Shown: piece by piece, positions 36,524 to 48,600 of the stretch
Layout: each line of letters begins with the position of its first letter
Numbering within the stretch: position 1 is the stretch's first letter
Made by a program: the position numbers and the translations under genes
DNA from: a virus
Length of the DNA stretch: 64,000 nucleotides
Direction: 5' to 3' (one strand)
Virus record (IMG/VR): IMGVR_UViG_3300032116_000108
Coordinates: 1-64,000 of that record
The notes under the pieces: model-generated
Told to the model about the DNA's origin: nothing
What the model saw: the letters and a program-made list of their open reading frames with translations, nothing else
The model's database searches: none

Positions 36524-37906
36524 TTAAGATTCTTGTTGTTCTTTTTGTTTTTTTCTTTCTAACAGCTCCTTAATTCTGTTCCTATTCTTTTCTTCTTTTT
36601 GTTCCTCGTGGCCAAGGAATGTTACACTTTGTTCTGTATCTATCTCTAACATACCATTGTCAAACTTACAGTTCTCAAATATAATCCCATCTTTACCGAT
36701 CCTTGATTTTGTGATTGCGATTGTTGCCAAGTTCATTTCTTTTTGTTGTAATGATTTTGCGACCGTGATAATAACGTGTCCAACTTGTGCCTTTTTAATA
36801 GAACCACCCATTTGATCTGTTGTTACAACCTCTGATGATATTGAATTTCTGTTACCTTGTGTTGCTGTCCATCCCGCAATATCCAACTCGTGACACATTG
36901 CTTCAAATCCTCGCATTACCGATCCTTCACTCTTCCATTCATCACCTAACATCTTGTCTGGTACTACACAATCAATATAATCTAAAATAATCATATCAAC
37001 TTTTATCCCTTCGGCAATCATTTTTCTAACCTGATTTTTAATCTGATTCATAGTTACGGTATCAGATGCCAATTTTTTCATAATCAACTTATTTTTTCTT
37101 GTTGACTGAATTTCTTTGACTCTCTCAGTTACTTCTTTTCTATTTTCAGAAAGGTCGTCGGGGTGTATTCCTGTCCAAAGTGTAAAGTGTTTTCTTTGGA
37201 TAATTTTTGGGTTGTCTTCAAAAAATATCTGAAGAACGTTATACCCTAAGTTAAATGCGTGGTTAGCAATCTTTGTTGTGAACGTGGATTTACCAACACC
37301 GGTTGGTGCCAAAATAACACCGATTTCACCTTTAGCTAGACCACCTTTTAATAGGTTGTCAATACCAGGTACTCCAATTGGAATTGGGTGTCTATAATCG
37401 TCATCCAATACCTCATCAAGGTTAAAAAATACATCAGTAGTTCCCTTATCTACTTCACCAACTTGAAGTGCTCCCCTTACCATTTCTTCTAACTTATCAT
37501 AACTCTCGAAATCACCTTTATCGATGATTGATTGAGCCTTGGTCATTACTTTTTGGAGTTCTTGTTGTTTACAGAATTTAAGGGACTTTTCTTGAACAAA
37601 GATTGAGCCTTCGTCTGAGACGTTCTTAACCTGATCTAATGTGTCTAAAACGCTCTTTTGAGCCATCGGTGAACTAATTTCTGACTTAGTCAATTGTTCA
37701 AGGGTATCAAATGTCGGTGTATGCTCATATTTTGAATAATATTCTTTGATCATTTGACAAATAATCTTGAAATATTGGTTATCAAAATAATGAGGATCAA
37801 TAACTTCAATTATGGAATTAGAGAAATCTTTGTAAGTAATTATGTTATTTAGTAATTGAATTTGAAAAGTATTTCCTAAGTATCCGAAGTTCTTTTTGTC
37901 TGACAT
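36524..37906 (-). CDS. replicative DNA helicase (DnaB/T4 gp41-like)
   Basis: Walker A APTGVGKS, ILDYID, WTATQGNR, KSRIG. Confidence 0.9.
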   Translation of the reverse strand: MSDKKNFGYLGNTFQIQLLNNIITYKDFSNSIIEVIDPHYFDNQYFKIICQMIKEYYSKYEHTPTFDTLEQLTKSEISSPMAQKSVLDTLDQVKNVSDEGSIFVQEKSLKFCKQQELQKVMTKAQSIIDKGDFESYDKLEEMVRGALQVGEVDKGTTDVFFNLDEVLDDDYRHPIPIGVPGIDNLLKGGLAKGEIGVILAPTGVGKSTFTTKIANHAFNLGYNVLQIFFEDNPKIIQRKHFTLWTGIHPDDLSENRKEVTERVKEIQSTRKNKLIMKKLASDTVTMNQIKNQVRKMIAEGIKVDMIILDYIDCVVPDKMLGDEWKSEGSVMRGFEAMCHELDIAGWTATQGNRNSISSEVVTTDQMGGSIKKAQVGHVIITVAKSLQQKEMNLATIAITKSRIGKDGIIFENCKFDNGMLEIDTEQSVTFLGHEEQKEEKNRNRIKELLERKKQKEQQES

Positions 37907-37944
37907 ATTGTATAGATTTTTGTTCCTTGTTTTAATAAATATAG

Positions 37945-38397
37945 TTAAGCGAACGAATAATTAAGGTACTGATAAGATAAATTTTTCTCTGATAAAATGT
38001 CAGTTAACTCTCTTAAAATGTTTTTTATGTCTGGGCGTATATCCAGTGTATATCTTACCTTTGGCGGGTATAGTTTCGCGTCAATAATTCTATGACAAAT
38101 TGTCTTGTTTCCAACCTTTAAGATTATGTTAAATATCTCAGGTCCATCTGTGTTTGATGTTTCTAAAACGTTTGGGTCCTCTTCAATCTGGTATCTATTG
38201 TCTAACATATATACCATACACTTGTTTCTCAATTTTGTTTGAAGTGACTCAGATAGATACTTAATGTACTCATATAATTCAACTGAACTTTCAGCCTTTT
38301 CATGATATCCTTTTACATTAAAAAATCTTTGTACCACAAAATTGTTGTTAAGTGTAATCAGAAACTCAACCTTTGTTACATCATTCTGCTCTTTCAT
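37945..38397 (-). CDS. hypothetical protein in the replication operon
   Basis: 150-aa ORF tiling between the exonuclease and helicase genes. Confidence 0.55.
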   Translation of the reverse strand: MKEQNDVTKVEFLITLNNNFVVQRFFNVKGYHEKAESSVELYEYIKYLSESLQTKLRNKCMVYMLDNRYQIEEDPNVLETSNTDGPEIFNIILKVGNKTICHRIIDAKLYPPKVRYTLDIRPDIKNILRELTDILSEKNLSYQYLNYSFA

Positions 38398-38401
38398 AAT
38401 T

Positions 38402-39409
38402 TTACTTTTTTGTTTTAAACTTTGTTTTTTCTTTTCTTGTTAACTTTAAAAATGGTTTTAAAAAATATACCCACTGATCGTCACCTTTTGGTAGGTATTT
38501 AAATAATCCGTCGTCCATCATCATCCGAATTAGATTCTTATATCCTCTTCCGTCAGGATCCAATGACTCAGAGTAATAAGCTTGTACTAATTCTTTTCCT
38601 TCTTCACTAATTAGTGGTTCCGATAAATCCACAATCTTTTTATTGATTTCAAAAAACTCGTCACCAAATATACCTTCTTTTGTTTTACCCGTCAGTAAAT
38701 TTTTTAAAGCGGTATTATCTTTTTGTTCTTTTAGAAGTTCTTCACCTCTTGTTAAAATATCGGTAAAAGAAACTTCTCTTTCAAGTAGCTCAGGAAATAA
38801 TTTAACAATAGTCTTCTCACCTAAGTAGTATATTCCATCTATATTATCTGATTTGTCACCAGATATTATCTTAAATGTTTTTACGTTATAGTGTGGAATT
38901 TCTATTTCGTGTAGTTTGATCTTATCTCCGTTCTTATAATACTTTTTGGTGTTAGGTGAATAGATTGTAACATCTTCAGAGATAAGTTGTGTGAGGTCTC
39001 TATCTCCACTGAAAATTGTTTTATCTTCGTCTTTTGAAATTTTGCAATAATATGCGATGAGGTCATCGGCTTCAGAGTTTTCAAATTCAACTTGTCTAAC
39101 AAACATTTCTTCCAAGTATTCTTTTACTCTTTGTTTTTGTTTGTTAAATGATTGCTCTTTAAAATCTTCTGTAACCCCTTTTCGGTTAAGTTTGTATTTT
39201 GGGTAGATTAACCTTCTTTGTGAAGTACTTGTTTCTCCGTCCCAAAATACAACAACCTTGTTGAAGTTTTCGTCTTCTATGAACCTACGTAATGTGTTAA
39301 GGAAATGCCAAATACCTCCTACGTGCTCCGTACCGTTAAAGTAATCTTTAACTCCGTGAAATCCAATTTTTAATAAATTATTCCCGTCTACTAATAGGGT
39401 TTTTGTCAT
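38402..39409 (-). CDS. 5'-3' exonuclease / flap endonuclease (T4 RNase H, PolI N-terminal-like)
   Basis: LLVDGNNL, VFWDG, YKLNR, EADDLIA, SGDRDLTQL, GDKSDNIDGI..LGEKT. Confidence 0.92.
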   Translation of the reverse strand: MTKTLLVDGNNLLKIGFHGVKDYFNGTEHVGGIWHFLNTLRRFIEDENFNKVVVFWDGETSTSQRRLIYPKYKLNRKGVTEDFKEQSFNKQKQRVKEYLEEMFVRQVEFENSEADDLIAYYCKISKDEDKTIFSGDRDLTQLISEDVTIYSPNTKKYYKNGDKIKLHEIEIPHYNVKTFKIISGDKSDNIDGIYYLGEKTIVKLFPELLEREVSFTDILTRGEELLKEQKDNTALKNLLTGKTKEGIFGDEFFEINKKIVDLSEPLISEEGKELVQAYYSESLDPDGRGYKNLIRMMMDDGLFKYLPKGDDQWVYFLKPFLKLTRKEKTKFKTKK

Positions 39410-39429
39410 TTCTGTAAATTACAGGGTTC

Positions 39430-40437
39430 TTACTCAACTTCTTCTTTTTCTGCCTTTAAATCAAAGTCACCATCAACACCGATGATTTCTTTCCAATACT
39501 CAGCATATTCTTTTTTGTATTGTTCGATGGATGCCTTTTCTTCAGACGCTTCTTTACCTGGTAAAAATCCATGTGGTGTTACAATTATTTTACCGTCCTC
39601 GAATCCAAGACCGTTGATGTGGTTTTTCATTACGGACACTTTTGTTCTTGATGCAAACTTAACAGTTCTTTTGTCTTTAGTTGCGGTAATCTTTGTTGTT
39701 CCTGCACCTTTTTGATTTCCAAATAAGAAAACTAAAGATGAGTTTAACCAAATTGCTTCACCACCTTTCGCCTTAATTTTTGGTTGACCAAATGGATTGT
39801 CAGGTAATTCTACCCAAGGCTGATTAACAATAATCAAAGTGTTTTCATATTTTGAATCCGCTTTACGAGACCCTGAAATACGTTGGTTGATTCCCATTCC
39901 AATCTTGTCGGCTAAAACACTTGCATTGTGTTGTTTACCACCCTTACCTTCATAAGTCATCTTACATGGTACAGATCCAACAGAATCCCACATAATACAT
40001 AGTGAATAGTCTAAATCGCCCTTTTCTTGTGCGTCTAACAAATCATTAATATAATCCGTAATTTGTTCAATGTAATCAAAGTTATTATTAAAGATATAAA
40101 AACCATCCCACTCTAATTCACCCGTTTCAGTATCAACAACCTCATCACATTCAAACCCCATTAGTTTAGCATGTTCAAAGGACCATTTTTGTTCCGTAAT
40201 AATGAACACAGGAAGTACACCTTTCTTTTGTGCGTCAACTGCCGTTTTAACTAAGGCGGTTGTTTTACCTGTATCACTATGACCTAAAAACATATTGATG
40301 TGTCCCATCGCAGGTCCCGGTAATCCAACAGCATCTAAGAATGGTTCACCTAAATCAAAGAATCTTTGTGGTTTATATTTTGCTGACGTAGAAAACTTTT
40401 TCTTTAATGAACTAAAATCATTCTTTTTAATTGCCAT
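39430..40437 (-). CDS. RecA/UvsX-like recombinase
   Basis: GHSDTGKTT Walker A, WDSVGS Walker B, IIVNQ, KAKGG, KNH. Confidence 0.88.
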   Translation of the reverse strand: MAIKKNDFSSLKKKFSTSAKYKPQRFFDLGEPFLDAVGLPGPAMGHINMFLGHSDTGKTTALVKTAVDAQKKGVLPVFIITEQKWSFEHAKLMGFECDEVVDTETGELEWDGFYIFNNNFDYIEQITDYINDLLDAQEKGDLDYSLCIMWDSVGSVPCKMTYEGKGGKQHNASVLADKIGMGINQRISGSRKADSKYENTLIIVNQPWVELPDNPFGQPKIKAKGGEAIWLNSSLVFLFGNQKGAGTTKITATKDKRTVKFASRTKVSVMKNHINGLGFEDGKIIVTPHGFLPGKEASEEKASIEQYKKEYAEYWKEIIGVDGDFDLKAEKEEVE

Positions 40438-40720
40438 TTTCTTCTTTTTGTTCGTTTAATATTTTTAACATGTCTTCAGTGATTTCAAACTTCTCATCTC
40501 TTTTGACATTATACTTGTAAACTGTTTCTAACATTTCAAGTTTATCTTTTGCGTTTGTCATTTTTTCAACAAACTTATCCATTTCTTCTAAGTGTTGTGG
40601 GTGTTCTCCAATACCAACGGAATTATTGAAATAAATTAAAAGTGTTGCTTCGGCTTCAGCCATTTCTGACCTATATTTCAAGGTCAGGGCTTCATACATT
40701 TTTTGTGATATCTTATTCAT
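40427..40720 (-). CDS. hypothetical helical protein (GIGEHP motif)
   Basis: NSVGIGEHPQHLEEMDK resembles a small protein family of T4-like phages (recognition only). Confidence 0.55.
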   Translation of the reverse strand: MNKISQKMYEALTLKYRSEMAEAEATLLIYFNNSVGIGEHPQHLEEMDKFVEKMTNAKDKLEMLETVYKYNVKRDEKFEITEDMLKILNEQKEENGN

Positions 40721-40732
40721 GTTTTAATAAAA

Positions 40733-41587
40733 TTAAAATGGTAATTCTTCTGATGGTTCATCATCCGCTTGTGGATCAACAATTGGTGTTTCTACTTTTG
40801 TTTCAGTTCCTCCACCAAGAGAAATTTCAGCCTCTTCTCCGTAAACATATTTTTTAAGTTCAGAACTCCACATTGGAGTCTCTCCTACTGCCACCGCTTC
40901 TAAATACTCAACAGGTTTTTTAGAGTAAACATCTTTCCAAGTAAGTTCATCTACTAACCATCCGTCCATGATTTCTTTATCTGTGTGTACAGGTGCCGGA
41001 TCATCATACATAATTGTTTGAACAACTGTGTATTCTTTTCCTTGTGGTGTTTTTGCTTTGATCAATTCAATAATCAAATCACGTCCTTTTTCAGAATCAG
41101 TTAAATCACCTTTTGCTTTCCAAATAGGTAAGATTTTATCTAACACACCTTCCTGTTTATAGTTGTGTTTGAATCTCCAAAACTTAACTCCGTCTTGTTC
41201 GTTATCACGATCAATAACTTTTACGATGTAGAATAAACGTGAACGGTATTGAGATGCCAAATCTTTATCTTCTTTTTTCCCTGTGGAGATAAGTTCATTA
41301 TAAACTTCCGTTAGTGGTGATCTTTCGTTGTCGTTTTTTTCAGGGTCATACAACTTAACCCATTGTCCATTAACTTGAATTTCGTGATACCAAACTTCTA
41401 CGAATGGTGAAGAACCATCTTTTGTTGGTAGGATACGAATTCTTCGTTGTGCAGATTTTTCGTTCTTTTGAAGAACGGCAGAAAAATACCTTTTCAATCT
41501 GTCTTCTTGTGAAATGTTTTGTTTTTGTGAACTCGGTGTTGAGTTCTTTTCGTACTGTGCAAGTACTGCATCAATTGAATTTGCCAT
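40733..41587 (-). CDS. single-stranded DNA-binding protein (T4 gp32-like)
   Basis: IRILP...PF.EVWYH, FYIVKVIDRD, GVKFWRF, GRDLII and an acidic tail ending ELPF. Confidence 0.85.
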   Translation of the reverse strand: MANSIDAVLAQYEKNSTPSSQKQNISQEDRLKRYFSAVLQKNEKSAQRRIRILPTKDGSSPFVEVWYHEIQVNGQWVKLYDPEKNDNERSPLTEVYNELISTGKKEDKDLASQYRSRLFYIVKVIDRDNEQDGVKFWRFKHNYKQEGVLDKILPIWKAKGDLTDSEKGRDLIIELIKAKTPQGKEYTVVQTIMYDDPAPVHTDKEIMDGWLVDELTWKDVYSKKPVEYLEAVAVGETPMWSSELKKYVYGEEAEISLGGGTETKVETPIVDPQADDEPSEELPF

Positions 41588-41626
41588 AGATTTTGTTTTT
41601 AATTTTTAACTCTTTTATCTATAACA

Positions 41627-41654
41627 ATTATAAGTGAATTTGGTAGAATGTCAA
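41627..41654 (-). promoter_or_regulatory. consensus sigma70-type promoter TTGACA-N16-TATAAT ahead of the replication operon
   Basis: Exact hexamers at 41649-41654 and 41627-41632. Confidence 0.75.
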
Positions 41655-41656
41655 AT

Positions 41657-41681
41657 AAAAAAGGGACCTTTTGGGTCCCTT
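41657..41681 (-). terminator. intrinsic terminator
   Basis: AAGGGACC-CAAAA-GGTCCCTT followed by TTTT, just after the stop at 41688. Confidence 0.8.
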
Positions 41682-41687
41682 ATATTT

Positions 41688-42380
41688 TTACATTTCTTCT
41701 TCATCATCATAAATATTGAAGGTTTTTTTAATTTCTCCTGGTGAGAAATTTTCAACTTCGTCAGATGTTAAAATATATTCATTTTTTCCTGACTTTTCCA
41801 TATCTACTTTTTTATCATCAAAAAAATCGGTTAGTTTTTGATTATATGGGTAAGAGTCTAAAGATCTTAACATTAGTTTTTCTTCAGGTGTTTTATCTCT
41901 ATATCTATCAAATTTTTTCTCTAAGTTTTCAATTTTACTTAAAATTTGATCCATGCTTTGTAATTTAGATTGCAATTCGTCCAATTTAGAAATCATGTCG
42001 TCCATAAACCCATCCTGTTTATCTTTAATTTCTTGTTGTGTTGTAACTAAATCAGTGATGTCAATTTCTTCAGATTCCTCTTCACCCCCTTCAGCACCTT
42101 CGGTTTCAGCACCTACTTCTTCAACATCAGGATCGTTTGCAACATCTACAGGTTCAGGCACTTCAGTCCCTCCTGTTGGTGGTGCACCTGCGTCTCCACC
42201 AGGTGCCGGTGCCCCTGCATCTGCAGGTGGTGGCACATCACCAATAGGACCCTCTTCTCCACCTGGAGGTGCTGCAGGATCTGCCGGTGGTTCAGCCGGT
42301 GGTTCTTGTTCATTAAGAATATATCTGTTTATATTTTTAATTCTTTGTATTTCTTGTAAAATCTTTTTATCTACACTCAT
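41688..42380 (-). CDS. acidic Pro/Ala-rich protein with a coiled coil (possible scaffold or internal head protein)
   Basis: Low-complexity PPAEPPADPAAPP region, acidic tract and heptad segment. Probable start MSVDKK at 42380. Confidence 0.5.
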   Translation of the reverse strand: MSVDKKILQEIQRIKNINRYILNEQEPPAEPPADPAAPPGGEEGPIGDVPPPADAGAPAPGGDAGAPPTGGTEVPEPVDVANDPDVEEVGAETEGAEGGEEESEEIDITDLVTTQQEIKDKQDGFMDDMISKLDELQSKLQSMDQILSKIENLEKKFDRYRDKTPEEKLMLRSLDSYPYNQKLTDFFDDKKVDMEKSGKNEYILTSDEVENFSPGEIKKTFNIYDDEEEM

Positions 42381-42390
42381 TTTAATATTT

Positions 42391-42618
42391 TTAACCATTC
42401 AATAATGTTTTCACACCTGTTGGTGTTTCTACCTTTAATGTTCTATTTGTTTTAAGAGTATTGTCTACCCTCTCTATTAAACCATCTTTCATTCTAATGG
42501 TATAACAATCACCAGTATCCAAATCACAAACTTGTTTGTGGTCAGCATCTATTTGTTTTTCAGATAATCTAGTATCTTTTTTCAAATAATCATCTAATAA
42601 ATTTTTAATATTGCTCAT
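42391..42618 (-). CDS. small hypothetical late protein
   Basis: VCDLDTGDC motif; late-type motif at 42631-42638. Confidence 0.55.
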   Translation of the reverse strand: MSNIKNLLDDYLKKDTRLSEKQIDADHKQVCDLDTGDCYTIRMKDGLIERVDNTLKTNRTLKVETPTGVKTLLNG

Positions 42619-42648
42619 AGTTTTTTTTATTATAAATATATCGTTATT

Positions 42649-45600
42649 TTAAAATTTATCTATACATATAGACGCAAGAGAAAATAAGTAGGTTGCATAT
42701 TCAGGTGTTATTTCCGCCGATACAATTTTTTGTCTATAAAAATCAAATATATCTTGTCCTGTTCTTGTCCCTGTAAATAAAAACTTTGTGTCATATGCAA
42801 ATAAAAGTGCGGAGATTGCGGTAGAATACGCATCTTTATCACTTAAAGATGGGTTAGTTGTTTTTGCTGAATTTTTAATTGCTTCTATTATTGGCGCTGT
42901 GGATCCTAAAATACCATTTATTGTTTCTAACCCTCCATCTACATCATCAAAACTAAATAAGGGAACCGCTCCTTCAGGAAAACTAACACAAGTTAATTTA
43001 GATAATGCCGGGTTAGTTACATATAAATTGTTTGCAGATAAAAGAAATAAATTATTATTAATACATGAGACAATACCGTCATTTGTTAGTGTTGTTGCTT
43101 CAGCAGCACTTATTGGTTTATTATCAAATAAGTTTGTCGGCCTAGACATTAATAATAATAAAATTAATGCGTCAACATATTTTTCAGGTTGTTTATTTTT
43201 AATTTTCAACACTAATTCACCTATCGATATTGTGGTTATTGTATTATTAACATATGGTAATGTTTTATAATCATTAATTACTAATTTATCACACTCCTCC
43301 TCTGGTGAGGTTTTTGGTTCGTTACTTTGTTTTGATGGGTCTAAAATTGTTTCAACATCTTCTTGATATCTATTTTCATTATTTTCTTTTAAAATTTCTT
43401 TTTTGTATTTTTCTAAGTAATTTTTCTTAATAAATGTTGATATACTATCAACATCGGGTAGCGCATATTTAGGTATTCTAACACCATTAAATTTTGTTTC
43501 AAATGATGATTCATTAATTGTGTGTGTTACTTCTAAAATTTGATATGGTCCATAAAATAATGGAATATGTCTTAAATTAAAATACATTAATGGTTGTATC
43601 ATCGCATTACCCATACTAGTAACATCTATATTATAACTTAATGATTTATAATAAGAGTACATTGATTGTGTCTCTTGAGCGACTTTGTCTCCTGAAGATC
43701 CGCCAGCAAGTCTTTCATTAACCTTGAATGTGACTGCGGTTTGTTTACCTCCACCCATACCAACTGAAAACTTTTTAAACATGTTTTGATTTCTTATACC
43801 AAAATCAACATTAAAAGCAACAACTTTATTTGTTTTATAAAAATTAGTTTCGGGTGTTTGTGGTATACTTATTGGGCAATCTGCTGGATTTCTTATATCG
43901 AATGAATCATCACCATAAACAACATTTCTGTTATCATTCAATTGTGGATGTTCTGATGTTTTTCCAACATATAAAAATATAAATTTTTGTCTTGAATCTA
44001 AGTAATTAACGTTTCTAAAAGTTCCAAAAAGACTATTTGGTATATCAATGTCTGTTGGTTTATTATAGTTTTCAGCATCTAAAACTCCATTAAAATTTAT
44101 AAATGATGGTGTTGCGTAAAATAATGTAGTTCTATCTTCATCTAGTATGTGACCTATTACATCTGAAATGGTCATATTTTTTTCCATTTTCAAATATTTT
44201 GTAACATCTTCAAGAAAAAATTGTAATTGATCACCAATATCTGCGTTAGCGGTGTTCATAAAAAGAAAATCTTCAAATAATGGTCTTGTTAATAAATCAC
44301 TTCCAGCAGTCCATCTATTATTGAAAGTTTGTAGTTGTATGTATGTTGATAGTTTATTAATGTCTCCATTTACGTTTCCTTGATTACTATTTGTTTGTAA
44401 ACTAACTCCTGGTATTTTATCTCTCATATATTGAAACACTTGGTTTGTGAGATTTTTTTGTGTGTCTAAATTTTCTTGTAACAGGTTATCTATGTATGAA
44501 ATGAAGTTTGTTTTGTTATAGCTATTACCATTAGAAATTGCATAAAACTTTTGTAATGAATATCTTTTTATTAATTCCTCACATGTTTCTACATTTTCTT
44601 TTGTAAAATCAATATTCATATCTATAAAAAAGTCTGTAATTGTACTGCCAGTATTATTATATGAGATATAATCAGCATTACCAAAACCATTATAATTATG
44701 TAATTGTAAAGACTTCCAAGCATCTACATTTTTTTGACTCAAAGTTCTACTTGTTAAAAGAGCATTTGGTCCTGTTAAAATACCATCACCAGGTAACGTA
44801 CCTGGTACATATGGGTCAAATGTTATAGGTGATAAATTTTTTAATTCAGGTATAGTTGTTAAACTTGTAAATAATTTTCTGTTAAAATTTAATGGATTAC
44901 CATTTTTAAAAATAATAGGATTTTCTATCAAAAATTCCCTGAAAGTATTCGCATTATTTTTTTTCTGTGTGGTTGCTAAACTTAGTCCATCATTATTTTC
45001 TTGTATTTTTGTTAGTGGTGATGATGCATCATTTACTGAAAAAATAGATAACATTTGATCAAATAATTTTCTATTTTTTAATGAAGTTATACCACCTGAA
45101 GAAAAATAAGATGGGTCTTGTACATCATCTTCTAAAATTAAAACGTCTTTTGGTTCTGGATTTCTTTTACAAAAACCTAAAAATAATTCTTCAAATTTAT
45201 CCAATATTTCTTTTCTAAATGATTTAAAATAATAAAATAAACCATTACCTTCAAAAAGATCTTGGTATGGACTAAGATAAATATTATTTTCTAATATGTT
45301 TGATGTTTTTGAAAAATATCCATAGTTTGGTTGTCCCCATAATGTTCTAACAGAACCATTAAACAATTCCTTACTACTTAAAATTTCATAAGTTAATTTA
45401 TCATTTTTAAAAAATTCAAATTTTGCTTGGTTTAATGGTATACCTCCGTTTGACGGTATTAAAATGTGAATCTTATTTTGCGCATCTATATTGTATTTCT
45501 TATCAAATGTAAGATATGAAAAATATGGATTTAAAATAATACTTCTTTTTAAGTTATTAGGGTCTCCACCAAAAGGCATAAAGTATGATGCATCTTTATT

Positions 45601-48600
45601 TACTCCAATATTTAAAGTACCAGCAGTGTACGCATTTGTGAATTCACTTTCAGTATAACCTGTAAATAAATCTTTACCAGTAAAATAGTAATGTACATCT
45701 GAAATAAGTTTTGGATAAAATCCTGTATTAATAATATCAACATATTTAGTATTATCATTTGCGTCTATTTTTTTATACTGACAAATAAAATCTTGTGACC
45801 CTCCTGTATAATTTTTTATTTTATATATTTTTTCTAAATTTTGTGATAATGGATCATAATTTTTTGTAAAATCAAAATCATTAATGACACCATCTAAAAT
45901 ATCTTCTCCTGTCTCTATATATTTTTTATATCTATGATAAAATGATCCAATTTTTAAAATTTGTGAGTATTCATATTCATCTAATTTAGATATAATGTTA
46001 TCGGAAAATATAACATCAGTATAGTTAAAATCTTTGTCGTAAGTATAATAATATGATAAAGGACTACCATATGAGTTTAAGTACATATATCCTAACGCAA
46101 CATAAGCGGTTGTAGTGTTTCCTGATTTTTCTAATTCGACTCCTTTCTGTAACGCATTTACAAAATATGGTGTATTAATATTACTATTTATTTGTGTACT
46201 TGAAACATTTCCTGAATAGTTTGGTATGTCTCTATAGGTTTTTTCTGTAAAATTTAAGTTTTCTACTCCTTTTGAAAGATAATCTTTAAGTTCTATTAAA
46301 TTATTTATTGGGTTATTTGTTGTTGGGTTTACTAAGATATCTTTTTTACTGTTATTTACTATATAATCCATTCTATCATATGGTAAAATATTTGTATAAT
46401 AATCATTTTTTTTAAGTCTTGCTAAAACTTTAATATCATCTAAAAATGTTAATGACTTTTCATTAATAGTTGATTTAGATAAAAAATCGTCTTGCGCGTA
46501 ATCAAGTTGTTTTGTTTCTTCAACATACTGTTTAAATTTCGGCGCTAAAGGATCATTATTTTCTAAAGCCAAGGTATACCCATCAATACTTTTTTTACTA
46601 TATAATCCAAAACTATTTTCTGTTAAATTTTGTAAATAAGGTGTATTAAAAATACCTCTTTCTAAATTTAACCAATGATCTGCGGTTCCATTATTTGCTA
46701 ATGTTTTTAAATAATTAAAAGCGTTTTCATAGTTAAAATTTGTATTTTTTAATTTCTCTTGTACTGTAAAGTTTTCAGTTATTGCATTAATTATATTTTG
46801 TCCCTCTAAATGTGAAACAAAGGTATCCGCCTGTAGACTCTGTGGGTTAAATTGTTTTGCCAATATATTACTATAATTTGATAAAACGTATAACCTTTCA
46901 TATAACTCATACATTACACTTAATTCGGTAGTACTATTATATGGTTTGTTATTAAACGGAAATTCAAGAGCGTTTACTGTTGTAAAATTTTGTAAATTTT
47001 GTAAATTTTGATATACGTTTTGTTGCGACGAACTTGCTCTTCTTACTGTAGCATCTAAAAAGTTTTCAGTAAAATGTACTTCAGGCCATGTTGCATAATC
47101 AAATGCAAATGTTTTAGAAGCATATTTAGGATCCCCCAAATATCTAACAACAAAACTTTCCCTTCCATCTTGTAGTTTTTCTTGAACATAATATGTTGGC
47201 CAAGGATATACAACATTTTGTTCGTTTAATTTTCCTGTTGAGTAGTTTACAACATTTTTAGAATCAATTCCTGAAGATTTTTCAGCAGGTATTACGCTTT
47301 TTATTCTTAAAGGATCGTTTCTTTTATCCCAAGCCAATCTATGGGTTCTATCCATTAATCTATAAAATGTATCACATCCGGCAATTATTATTGCCATAAT
47401 ATTTCTAATGGTTGGTTTAAAACCTAATGTTCCGTCTACCTTTGTTACCCTATCTGATAATTCATTAGAAAATTTTGTTTCAATTTCTTGTTCTTTTGCG
47501 GTTAACTGTTGTTGGTAATTATTAATTCTATCTAAAAATCCACCAGGAAAAAGTGTTTGACTATTTGGGTCAGTGATTCCAAATTTCATATAGGTCGGTT
47601 CAGTACTTATTGGTTGGTTTGTTGTTGGGTCTAGTCTTGTTTCTGCGTTTTGTAAAACCAAAAATAATTGTACTTTAAAATCCGTTAGTTCCGCTTGGTC
47701 GGGTGTTCTACCATATCTAATTGTATATGTGTTAATAAAGTCTTTATCACTTAATTTATCTGGTGTTATTTTTACAAATAACTCGTCTTCAGAAAAAGAC
47801 ACAGGTATTTCAGATGGAAAACTCTTACCACCTATTGTGTAGAAACCACCAATACCGAAAGTTTTATTTTTTTGTAGTATTTCGACACTATTTTTTATTT
47901 CATTTTTTATAGCAGTTTCAATCTCATTTCTTTTTTCTAAAGGAATGGTTTGTTTAAAATCATAGTAAATTTGAGGTCCCTTACCATCATCATAAGATAT
48001 ATAATTAGTAGTGTCTAAATACCTACTTAATAAAACTGTATAATTTCTATCTTTAATTTCATTTAATTCTTCCCTAAAAGATTTAATATCATTTAGCGCA
48101 ATAAAGTCTTTTTTTTCAATACTTTGTTTTATTGAAGTTACAAAATCGTCAGTATTTTTTATAAATTGGTCTATTGTTAATCTTGGAAATCCTGGTGAAA
48201 TTAACTTTTTATTTTCATATTCTTGATATACTTGATTTAAAATTTGTCTACCTAAATAATCTACGTCTAAATTTTTTATAGAAGTATTAGAACCTCCAGG
48301 TGCATTGTTAGATGTTCCTCCTTTTGCAACAATTATTGGAAACATTTTAGGTGCTGTTTTAGCATATGTAAGAGATGTGTCTTGTAAAAGTGAAACTAAA
48401 TTTGATGTTAGTTTTATGTCTATATCAAAACTAGCCGTATCATCATTAAATTTAGCCGTAAAATCTGTCATGAACAAAGTGTATCTAATTGCCTTACCAT
48501 AAAACCCTTTTACTGTTAAATAAAATTGTGGATAAGGTAAATTAAAAAATGTAGAATATATTGAATTTTCTCCTTGCTCAAATAAAGTCTTACCCCCAAC

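Noticed and set aside
34640-40437. Inteins or introns in nrdJ, helicase or recombinase
   Set aside because: The ORFs are uninterrupted and of ordinary length, with no intein or homing-endonuclease motifs seen.
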